This document shows positions 49,501 through 61,500 of a stretch of DNA of 64,000 nucleotides, piece by piece. Both the position numbers and the translations under genes were made by a program. The notes beneath the pieces are model-generated. The model did not search any database. It was given only the letters and a program-made list of their open reading frames with translations, and was not told the origin of the DNA. Positions within the stretch are counted from its first letter, which is position 1. Each line of letters opens with the position of its first letter. Origin of the DNA: Klebsormidium nitens (Eukaryota; Plantae; Klebsormidiophyceae); assembly GCA_000708835.1 (NCBI GenBank), contig DF237091.1:62001-126000 (forward strand), in the 5' to 3' direction.

Positions 49501-52500
49501 GAACACCTTCACGCCACGGCCCCAATTTGAGGCGAGCAATGTTCGACAGATTGGCAGAGAAATGCTGCCAAACAGTGGCAATCATGGCCGCAAAAGCGCC
49601 GAAAACTGCCACCAAAACCCTCAGCCCAGCCACAAACAAATCCTATCCCCGTGAAACTCCCGTGAAACTTGCAAACAATGGCCTCCGCACTCTGTTGCTT
49701 GCCTGGTCAAAACGGCCCCAAAAGGCTGCGATTCTGCTCTGAGGCGGCTGACATTGGGTGCAAGATCGAGCAAACAAACGTCGCAGATCAGCGAAAGTCT
49801 GCTGCAATGTAGGGCACAAAAGCTCGCCTGACCGGACGCTTCCGGGTCTTAGCCGGGCACAAAGTCTGCTCCAAGGGAGCATGAATTATGGAGCAAGAAT
49901 TCTGTCCACAGGTGACCTCAAACCGCGTCAAAGTGGTCTGATACAGCTGCACTTCAGCCTCAATTCAGCCTCGCTTCAGCCCCAGAAGACGGAAAACTTG
50001 TTCACAAATGATTCGCAAAACGTCTCAGGTTGTCAGGACTGGCCTCACTTTCGCTCCCACACGGGCTCCCCCTTTCCGGGTGCGGGACAAAGTGGTCCCT
50101 CAAATTGCCGCCTGTTCCGCCGGCCATTATCTTATTGCGCCGGTGGCAAAACCCTCACAATGTCTGCCAACTTGTCGGCGAAATGTGAAAAGGTTTGTGC
50201 TGGACCCGTCCCAAATTCAGCTCACAAGACGCCAAAGGGCTCCGAAATACAGAAACAATCTGCTCAGCCTTCAGCCCCAATTGCGCCCCAATCGCTTCAA
50301 AAGCACTGGAAATCGGGGCGCTTTCTGGACCCAACCAGGACTCGGAAGGCCTGCTCGTACCAGGGCGAAATTACGCAGAAAACGCTACCGTTTGCGCGCG
50401 CTTCAGCCAGCACTTGGCCACCAGATTGCCCCGGAGTTCAGTGCAAGATCAGCGTCATATTGGTCGTTGTTCAACCAAATTTGTTGCAGTCCCGCCTAGG
50501 ATCGGCGCAGGCTCAGCCTGGGTTCAGATGCATTTCAGACGCAAGTCAGACGCACTTCAGACCGCGGGTTGAGATACAACGGGCTAAAATGCCCTGGATT
50601 TGGCCAGCAATCGGTGAGAAATTTGGTCTGCAACCAAACATTATCGGGGCACATGCACGCGCCATTACCGGAAAACCGGCCTCCCGATCCGGCCCATCCA
50701 CGCGCAAAGCCCGACACAGTTTGGGTCCAAAAGAGGTGGGCGGGAGTCAGGAGCGCCCAAATGCAGGCGGCGTTCGTGCAGTGGAGACTCGAATTTCGTC
50801 TATGGATCAGGGGGAGATCAGGGGGAAACGTTCAGGGACCTGGGCAAAAATCAGGCAAAAGTAAGGGGGAAATCAGGAGGACCAGGGCGGAGTTCAGGGG
50901 GAGTTCAGGTGGACATCAGGCGGCGTTGTCTCCAACTTCAGGCGGACATCAGGCGGCGTTCTTGCAACTTTCAGGCGGAGATCAGGCGGACTTTAGGCGG
51001 ACTTCCGGCCCGCACTCTGCCTCAAAACGGCCCCCACATGGGCTCCACTTCAACTGCGAATGTCACGTCCAAAGCGTCCCTGCCTAGAAAGCTTGCACCA
51101 AGATGGTCGTCCCTGAAAACGCATTTGAGAGGTCTCGACTCTCATGGAGCCTGGAAGGGCGGGGAACAGCGGCTGATGCCACCCAGAAGGCCGGGGAACC
51201 AGTAAGCCAAAGCTCCAAAAGGCCGGGGAATAAGGGCGGGGACCGGGAAGCGATAGCTCCAAAAAGCCGGGGAACAAGGCCGGGGAACATGAGCCAAAGC
51301 TCAAAAGGCCGGGGAACAAGGCCGGGGAACAGTAAGCCAACGCTTTAGAAGGCCAGGGAACAAGACCGGAAACCAGTAAGCCAAAGCTTTAGAAGGCCGG
51401 GGAACAAGCCGGGGAACAGTGAGCAAACACTCCAAAAGGCCGGGGAACAAGGTCGGGGAACCAGTAAACCATAGCCTCAAAAGCCCGGGGAACAAGGCCA
51501 GAGAACGGTAGGCCAAAGCGCAAAAAGGCCGGGGAGCGAGGCCGGGGAATAGTAAGTCAAGGCCGCGGAACAGCAAGCCAATAACGCCAAAAGGCCGGGG
51601 AACGAGGGAAGACAGAGGAAATTTGTTGCCCAGAAGGGCCGGAGAATGGCGGAAAAATGTAGACCGCGGGCCCGGCAGATGGAGTAGAACAGTGGAAAAG
51701 TGCGGACAAGATGAGCAACAGAACTGCAACATCACGGCAAAATTTTGCCTCCTAAAAATTTTGCCTTCAAATGGTCATGGAAGTGTGCAAACGAGCGGAG
51801 CAGAAACGGCCGTTAAATGGGCGAAAGCAATGCTGGAAACTTTGTCGCCAACGTGCAAGAAGAGAAGGAAACCCCCGAATCATCGGCTACCAGAACTAGA
51901 AACCAGCCCGAGTTTTCCCTCTGGGCATGGTTAGATTCTTCCCCGAAAGCAGAAAGGGAACAACCGTCAGACCCCCTGGTTCCTTCCGGATTGTCCAAAA
52001 TTTCACCTCAAAACCACCGGGCCATGTCCCCAGATGGGCCAAAAAGCAGCCGTCAAACCCCGTGAACTCCTGCCCTATCCGCCCTGGATTTCCACCAGAA
52101 TCCACCGCCAATGTCCGCCATTTCCCCTGACATCCACCAGGAATGTCCGCAATTCCCCGGCCAGATGCAGAAGAAAACAGCGGTTAGAACCCGTGGATCC
52201 TGTCCAATTCTGCCTTAGGATCTCCCCCTGAAGCCACCGGCAATGCCCAACATCCATCCCAAGATGCAGAACAAAACAGCCGTGAAAGCATCCTTTCTCT
52301 GAGGCCTTGCAAGGGCGAAAGTGCTGATTGACATTGATACAAACACTAAGACAAACATGCAACGAAACCACAGACTTCAGCAACCGAACGAAGGCCGAAC
52401 TGACTTGAAAGAATCTGCAGCATATCGGCGCTGGCCACGCAACCGTGGGAAACTGGTGTCCTCGAACAATGGACAAAACCCGGAAAGTGCCGAGCTTTCT

Positions 52501-55500
52501 GCTAGAATAGGCATAATCGTCACTGACAGTCAGAATGTGCTAAGTGGAACCAGATGGAGGCGAACAAAGTCAGAATAAAGGCGGTCGTCAACAGGCAGGG
52601 TTAGGCGCACGGGTCAGCATCAAAACGCTCTGGCCAAATCGTTGCAGACCGACTTGGAGAGATGTGGATGCACAAAAAACTTGGCGTGGCCGAGAAACGA
52701 ACCTTGGATCAACAAAGCTCAAAAAGGTCTGTGGTTGAATCCTCTGTTCTCAGCAATCAAATTTCGTTTTATTCGAAAGACAAGCTGCTTTGTTCTAGAA
52801 CCGCTGCAGCATTCAGCAACGTAGAGTGCACAGCAAGGCGCGGGACTGCCAAAGGCGGGACTTCAAGGTAAGTAATGCATACGACAGATCGCCTACATAT
52901 TAAGGACACCGAAATTGGGTTCTCGTGTATCCACAGCTACCTAACTCCGAGCTTGTACATGTCAAAAGCACAAGCCAAGCATGCCGGAATCAGACTTTCT
53001 ATGTATGCTTTGCACCAGAAGGATTTGTAGGGCGATGCCATCAACTGATTGAACACACCATTCACACAAACACTCAGAAAAGCAGAGAAGACGTCTTTAA
53101 AACGAACTCCCGCTCCGAATTTGTTACCGGCGCAGATCCGTCACAAACGCAAGTAGAAGCAAGCAATAACACGTCAGCTCTTGGTTCCGCTAGAATCAGC
53201 CAGTCCACCTGCTTGTAGATTTTCCGTTTCCTTGAAGCACCGGACAGTTCGACCCCAGAACTGACCCACGGCTCGGTAGATAACAGCGGTTTGCGCGGAA
53301 TCTGTCACGGAGTTTGCGAGCGGAGCACTTTCTGTGCACTATAAACCGGTGCGACACCCGTGCACGATTTAGTGACGTCACCAGCAAAACGTTAGTTCTC
53401 AGCCCGTCGAATCCCGATGAACCGAAGTTGATGGTTCCGATCGGCGCTACCGGCGCTTATGACGTCACTGATCGTGCAAGACAAGGCTGCTCCGATACCG
53501 TGCACACCAATTCGATCATCAGCGACTCCGTGACACGTTTCACGTACATGGCCGTATCCCGTCTCCTGGAAGCACCGGAACACTAAACCCCCGGGGCTAC
53601 CAGAGAACTGACCCACCTGCTCGGTAGATTTTCCCGTCTCTGGAAGCACCCAGGATTTCGACTTAGAGAATCGACCCACCTGCTCGGTAGCAATCCCCGT
53701 GTCCTTGGCAATCTTCTCCACCTCTTCCGCGCTCAGCTCTTTTTCCGCCGGAATCCGCCGCCCGAGCTCGATCCGCTGCCCCGGGGTCAGCTCGTGCCGC
53801 GTCGCCCAAACCCGTCCGACGATTTCGGACGCTACAACTCCAGGGAACGCGGCCCGGGCGTCCTCTTTTCTCAGCCCGCTGAAGCAGGCTTCGAGGCGAT
53901 CCCAGTAAGACAGGACGTCGGACTCGTCGGATGTATTGAAGGAGTGGACAACCGGGCCGCCGTCTGCGGGGAAGAAGTGGTCGGGGCAGCGTTTCAGCAG
54001 TATGACGTGTTGTATATGAGGATTTAGACAGCACTTTCTCGAAGAGAGGAGCAGGGGCAAAAGTGGCTGGGAGTGGTTTTGCACTAAACGTTGATCGAGA
54101 TGCTACTGATCACATGTGTAACCCGCAGGTTTGGAGCCCTCCTAAACATCGGGTGCCCGACTCCTCACGCTAAAACGTCTTTTAGCAGACAGGAAAGCCC
54201 TCGCTAGAGAGATGAGGTAGAGAACTTTTCTTCAGAAAACAAAATGAAGACTATATCGGGAAATTGACCAACCATCAGATGCTTCTGGAAGTATTGCAAG
54301 AAGGGAATTGTCTATCCTTGTTTTGAAGAAGCAGAGACTAGGAACAAAAGTCGTCAACAGATGAAGCAAGAAGACGTGCAGACTGAGTAAGCGGTTATGA
54401 TTTCACAGCCGAAATCGAAGGCAACAGGAAGTGGAACCCCACAAAGCCCATCGTCAGATCCTGACCTTTTTCTGAATACTCAAGCTACGCTCGAAATCTT
54501 GTAAGACATTGTCCCGAGTCAGGTTTCCATGCAGGATCCGAACACAGATTTCGAGCCCAGTTGTCAGGTTTGAGTCATCATCACTCGTTCCAAGAAGGGT
54601 TGTTTCACCTACGGACTAAGCACGAACTCAAGTTTGGTGTAAAAGCGAGACAACCCCCTATGTGCAACCGATGTTTATGAAGCGCACTTGCCAGTTTTAT
54701 TAAAAACGATTTTATGAACACGCTTGAACTTCTAATTTGATCTAACTGCTTCCACCCTATTTTCCGTCTTCTTACCTGCAATACAAGCGTTTCTTCTGAT
54801 CTGCCGCAATAGTTCGTGCGAGTGCCCCTAACCGTGGATGCCTATCTGGCTTCCTCAATGAATTCGAATCCCCACTTTGAGACTGGGTCCGAGACTGAGC
54901 TGTGGGCTTGCAGATTAGGCAAGGTCTGAAAGCGAAGATAAAGTCCGAAAAAACAAACCTGCGGGCTCCTCAAAGTAGATGGTGTCATTCAGCTTGTACA
55001 GAGCCCCCAGCTTCTTCAGCCCAAGAGACGGACCGCCGTTTCCGACTTCACTGGTTTCGAGAGTCTTAGGGGTCACCAACTGTAAAGAAAGGGAGTTGGA
55101 GAATCAAAAAAGCTGCAATCAGGTATTAAATGGTATGTTTTGCTTCTTTTTGAAAGATATAGGTGTGAACCTGAGAACTTGAGAAGGCCACTGGTAGGGC
55201 CCAGGTTCACAACAAACGTCTGTGGAATTCGAACGTTCAGAAAGGCCCTTACTAATACGGTGAAGAGTACAGTCAACCCAGAGGATGAAAGCCAGTAAGA
55301 AAGCCAGGAAGAAGGATAAATAGAAGGCACACAAGTATAATCTGAAGGACCATTTGACCATAGAGAACAACGAAGAGCCAGATAACGAACCCTGCCCTTT
55401 TCCCGCCACTCACGGTGCCACTTTCCGGAGGCAAGCAAACCTTCAAACCTTCTTGGTTTCTTCGGATGCACATCTGCCTTCTCCTTCCACGTACTCACAA

Positions 55501-58500
55501 ACCAGCCTTTCTCCCAAGCACTGTTCTTCCGGCTCTCCTCGGAGTTAAGCACTCCCCCCAATCCCTCTTATCCAATCACATCCGAGCAGTCTGCCCCTCC
55601 CCCGGGCACTCTGCCCTCTTCCCCCGGGCACTCCACCACTTCCCCCGCGCACTCAACCACTTCCCCCGAGCACTCAACCACTTCCCCTAGTCACTCACAT
55701 CCATTCTGCGCAATCTCTGCCCCTTCCCCTGAGCATCTCATGGGTCACTAAATCACTCATAATAAGCTGAACTTACAATGAGCTCAAGTTCTAGTCTTGG
55801 AACGGGTAGGATTAGAAAGGGAGTTTAAGGTGGGCGGAGCAGGTAAGGCCAGCAAGTGGCCGGAAATGGCCGGAAATGGCCGGAAATGGCCGACCCTTCT
55901 TCAAAAGAGCTCAAAGGGGGGAGAGAGGCTAATGTTAGGGTTCGGTCTTAGCTTCGTTCATACTATCAATTAAGCTTATGACGATTGTCCCAAAGAGATT
56001 TTGAGCACTCCGCCACTTTGCCCAAGCACTCACATCCATCCTGCGCATCATGTCGACCGTGTTGGCCAGGCGCGTCATCGCCTGCGGACCCAGGATCTCC
56101 GTCCGCAGCTCGTCCGGCGTGCAGTCCCTAACCCGGGCGCCGTTTTGGGTTAGCTCGTTAACCCGCTCCAAAGGCAGCGCGGAACCCACGATCTTGATGT
56201 AAAGTTCGACGGGCATGTCCCGCATGATCTCCAAAATGTTGATCCACTGGTCACCCTACAAACAAGCAAATTATTTGTTTGGAAACCGAAAATTTGGATT
56301 CAACAAGAAAAGTGTTGTAAGGATAAAAAGTGGGCGGATCGGACTTCTCCTGTCAGCCTCTTGGTCTCAGAATCTTCTTCGCGCTTCACAAAAGAAGATC
56401 CTAATCCATAAAGCCTAAAAAAAAGTGGTCAGAAGAAATTAGTCGCGTCAGGTCTCTCGTATTCCTGCAAGAATTGTCACGACGGATCGTGAAATGTCAC
56501 GACCAACGTTATTCTGCGGTGTGCTTCTAAGTTCGTTCACTCACAACTGAACTCCTTCCGTTCTCCCGGCACCTACATCAACTACCCAACCTCGTCACGT
56601 GGACTGAGTATGCACCTGCCAGAGGCAGAGAATTGGACTTTCGCATCGCTTTGGACTCTACATGTGGCGACGTTTTGGAACCGCAAGAATATTGAACCAG
56701 CTTTGAAGGAAGATCGACTTACTCGGTTTCCGTTGTCCCCCGCCACCATTGGGTTTGAGTTCTCATCCCGTTGCACGCGTTCGACTGCCGCCGCAACCGC
56801 TCCTTTCAGAAGAGCCTCCCCCGCAGAAGCAGCCCTAAGGGCCTGTAAGAATGAAGTGACGGTTGGGTTCTTGAGTGACACAGCCATTTGGCTGACGTCA
56901 GAGCTAACATCAAGCTGAAGCAGCGCGGCAAGCAGTTGAATAGGTTCAGTGAGGTTAGGATTGAAGCACGATTGACACGAACTTGGCGACTCGGAAGCAA
57001 CGTCTATTTAAGAACGTCGGAAGAAAACCTCAGAAAAATCACGCATAAAGTCTCTTGTTGAACGATCGAACGGCCATTTTGTACCGAAGCCTAAAAGAGA
57101 ATCCAAGACAGAAGAGGACGGGATGTTGGATCCCTTGAAGCGAAGATTGACACAAGTTTCAACGGAACCGAGGATTTCCAAGCTCAATAGCCAAGAAAAG
57201 AGAATTCCAAACAGTACGCAATTTTGGCACGAGACTACCAAGAACACTCGATACCGCAAAGTAAAGCATTACCAGCCTCGCAACAGCAAGCAAGCTCAGT
57301 CTTTCCCGCAAGGCTTGACAATCAACTTCCACGCGGAACCGAACACTTACCGCCGCGCCGGATGCCCCCCCGGCAACCACCTTGAACCGCAGGTACTTTT
57401 CCAGCGCCGACTCCTGCTCCGCCTTCGCGCCTTCCACCAGTTTCTTAACCCTCTCCACAACTTCTTGCGCCGCCCCTAAACCTTCGCCAAAAGCCGCACG
57501 GGGATCCTTAACCGAGGGCCTCATTCCCCGAACCTTCCCGGCCCACACTCCTGAGCTGCTCGGAGGAACGACATTTGAAGGTCCCGGTTTAGAGGATTTT
57601 CCTGCCCGGCCCCCAGGGCGTTCCCCCGACCCGCTGACGTCATCCAATTCCGAAACGCCTCCTTCCGCGACTCGGGCCCGTGAGTCGCCGCCAATCTCAG
57701 GACCCGCTGCCGCTCCCAAAGCGTCGCCACCTTGACCAAGGAGGTCCGGAAACATGCCGACGTCAGCATCTACGTCTGCCACGTCAGCCGGGGCTGGCTG
57801 CCCCTGACGAGGGCCTGTTGCTCCGGCCGCAAATTCTAGAGCTGGCGCATCTCCGCCGAAAACGGCGCCTCCGATGCTGACGTTACCGCCCAGTGCGGCC
57901 CGCGCCAGGCTCTCCCGGATGCTCTGCAGCGTCTCGTACACGTCCGGGCGGCAGATCCGCCCCACCGGCCGATCGAAGTCACGTGCCCGCTTGGTGACGT
58001 CAGCAGCGCCTTGGGATTGCCGTTGCTCAGTGCCCGGAACTTCGCTGGCAGTCTCTCGATCCTCCGCTGGGGTCCCTGCCTCTCCTTCGACTGCCGGTTC
58101 GTTTGCTTCCCCGTCACTAATGGGCTCCGTTCCCGTTTCCAAACCGACGGCTCTTCCATCGGCCACCGCTTCGGTCTTGTTCGCAGCAGGATCCATTGCG
58201 GCCGTCACTGGAGAACCGAAAACGTGTTGCCAAAGATACAAGTGCAGCGCGCGCGCCCGGAGCGCTTTCGAGTACAAGTACCCGTTGTGCTTCATCGCGT
58301 TCTGCATGTCCAGGTTCTTCTCCGCCGCCTCTCGTTTCCGCTGATGCAGCGCCTTGTAGTTTTCCAGACGCTCCACCGTCACCGTTGCCGGGGCCGTTAC
58401 CGCCTTCTTCGTCTGGAACCCGGTTTGGCGGCTGATGCGCTCGACTCCCCGGGCTGTCTTACCAATAAAATCGGCGAATTCTTGGTCGGGCTCGAAGTCC

Positions 58501-61500
58501 CCGGGGATAACGACCTCTACCGGTCTGCTTTTCGAGGGATCCCCCGCGTCTGGGACGGTTATCAGGACGCCCTTGACGAGGCCCTCGGTTTGGAGGTCGG
58601 TTAGCGTGCGGGTTACGAGCTTGAAATCGAGCGGCTTGTCGCGCCCCATCTCGAGGGCGAGCCACCGGCTGAGGGTGCTGCGGATGATGAACTTGTCCTT
58701 CTGCGGTTGAGAAAAGAGGAGATGATGATGCGGTTTTCAAAAAAGGACTCGATTGGAATGATCAGCGTGTTGGCAGAATCTGAAATTGCGTAGCAGTTTC
58801 AAGCCATCCCGAATCCTTTGCCGTTTCGGCGAAATCGGACAACATTGAACGCCTGTAGCTTGGCAATAGCAAGGGTTTCGACACTGAAGGCAACGTTATG
58901 GAAGAAAGTGGTGAAGACATCGTCCACATGGCATATTGCGTTTGAGGACTCAGAACCAGCTTCCGTTCATCATCTGGCCCTTGGAAAGAGAGCGGCAAGC
59001 CATCTACTCAGGTCAGAAGAACCGTCACACCTTAGACTGCCATACTGGTCGTAATCGCTGTACTCTGTTTTTTTATAATTGCAGGCGACTTGAATCGAAG
59101 CGAGACGTGCTCGACAAAAAGGGTGCAATCTGCACAAACCCAACGCCGAACTCTGTGCCAGCTATGAACCTCCAAATGCTTGTGGCAAAGTGACCCCCTC
59201 GCTGTAGCTGTTGCTCATTCCTTGCAGACAGAGTGCGCCAGCAGCACTGTGGGGAGCACTGGAAGCTTCGTTTTTACCAACGGATCAGAGCAGACAAACA
59301 CGAAATCGGAAAGGCTCTCCGTTCGTCACCTCAAGCTTCTTCATAATCAGCTCCTGCCGCACGCGCGCGTCGCTGGTCACCATTTTGGACGTCCGCCGGA
59401 AGCGGCTCACGTGCGGGCCCTGTCCGAGCCCCTCCTGCTCCGCGCCCTGGTAAACAACCAGCGCCGTATCGCGAGCTCCTTCACTCACAGGGCCTTTCGC
59501 CGAGCTTTCCCCCTGGCCGCCACGTGTCCCCTCCTCTTGCTCGCCACGCGTTTGCTCCTCCGTTCTCCCAACTTCGGCTCCCTCCATCTTCTCATCGTCC
59601 ATCCCCCTCGTTTCCGCTTCCGGGGGCGTCTCCGCCCGCGTCTCTCTACCCCCCCGCACGCTCTTCTCCGCTTCAGGGGGCTCCTGCGTCTGCTTCTCCG
59701 GCGCCCCCGGAAAGTTCCCTGCCGTCCACAGACGATAAAGCACCGCTTTTTTGAGCGTCTCCGCGTGCTGGACGATGCTTCCGCTCTCGATCAGAGTGGT
59801 CGACCATTGCGTGTTGTTCTTCCGGTTGAGGTGCAATCGTTTCCATAAGTGGTTGGAGCGAATGCCCTCCCGCCCAGCATCGCGTACGCACTCGTAAATC
59901 TGTTGGTCGACCGGCACGTCGAGGACGACGCCCTCGGGGCCCTCTTCTTCTTCCATCTCGTCCTGCAAGAGGAGTATTCATAGTCCTTAATCTTTCTAAG
60001 ATGGCCCCAATTGAAAAATATAAATCAACTAGAATCACGAGAACTCTGGAAAGTATGCTCAATCGACCGGCACGTCGAGGACGACGCTCTCGAGGCCCTC
60101 CTCGTCTTCCATCTCGACCTGCAAGACAATTTTCTGTATAGCTTTTGAGTTCTCGACCCGCAATTTTGCTCGCTGTCTGTATTGTGGAGTATTAAAACTG
60201 ATGGCATAACGAACGCCCTGTGACACCGTTTCGACCGGCACGTCGAGGACGACGCCTTTGGGGCCCTCCTCTTCTTCCATCTCATCCTGCATGAGGAAAT
60301 CTCCATTAGACTTAAGTTTCTCCGAACTCACTATCTTTTCTACGGACCTACATCGACTTGAATGACGGACACACTGGTAGAGCTTGTGTCGACCGACACG
60401 TCGAGGACGACGCCCTCCTTTTCCTCTTCTTGTCCTGCAAGCATATGATGCAAGTTCGTAAATCTGAAATCACCCGCAAGCTCAGACTGCTGTTGGGATA
60501 GAAGGGTCCTGAATCGACGGCGGCCGCGCTCGTAGCTGTGATGGTCGATGAGTGAGTCGAGAACGACGCCTTTGGGACTCTGCTGCTTTTCCACTTCATC
60601 CTGCAAGAGGCGCTCTAGTGTGCATCCATTTTCTGAACGGTCAAGATTGTAAACGGGAAGCAATCCGCGGTCTGCAACGAGAGGCTTTGTCACAACGCCC
60701 TCCTCTTCCATCTCGCCTCGCAACTGTTCCCAGTGCCCTACGATGTTGACAGAAGGGGCGACAGCAGATCCGGTGGCAACAATCAAGGCCACATTCTAAA
60801 CAAGAAAAGGGAGGGGCGAAGCGGTATATTTAAAGCATGACAAAATGAGAGAGCGTTTAGACCCATTGTTGGTGTTTCAACCCGTCGCAGACCCCTGATA
60901 TACGTCTCGAGCATGCGGAAGTGCGAACAACACAGCGAACGATTAGCGCGCACAAACCGAGACTTTCGTCCGGCGGCTTCAGGAACCCCGACTCTACGAT
61001 GTCCACATACTAAAGTAAAATTCCAATAACGAGCTGTAGTTTCAGTTGGCCAACCTCCGCTTGGGGCTCAAACATCACCCAAAGGAGGAATCAGGAACTT
61101 TAAGAGGCCTATTTTTATTTTTTCATGAAAAACCGTCCTTTCAAGTTTCAACCTTTAAGACACCGGCCGGCACGGGTGTGGCGAGAGCTTGACTCAGCGT
61201 ATTGCAGAGTAGCAAAGCAGTGTAGTTCACAGCTGACCTAAGCATGCAAAAACCCATCCGATTCGAAACCAGCTTGCCATGATCCCCCAGTCAACAAGAT
61301 CCTCACAATCGTTGTACGAAGTCCTCTGTGACAGATGCGAAGCTAGCTGACTTTGTGGCTCACAAGTCCTTCAAACTTATATTTCTGATTCAACCCTAAA
61401 CGCTCACCTCCGGCTGCGGCTCGGCAGCCTCGTGGAAGCCCCTCTTGAGCTGCAGGCACGCCTTGGCGCGCCCGTTCACCTCCGCCTGGAACTGCCGCAC

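Noticed and set aside
49758-50864. 368-aa minus-strand ORF inside element copy 2
   Set aside because: No transposase, RT or other motif, and the collinear copy 1 does not keep an equivalent ORF; likely a stop-poor compositional artefact.
51154-51603. CRISPR-like appearance of the repeat array
   Set aside because: The linkers are themselves repeats rather than unique spacers, there are no cas genes, and the context is a eukaryotic intron.
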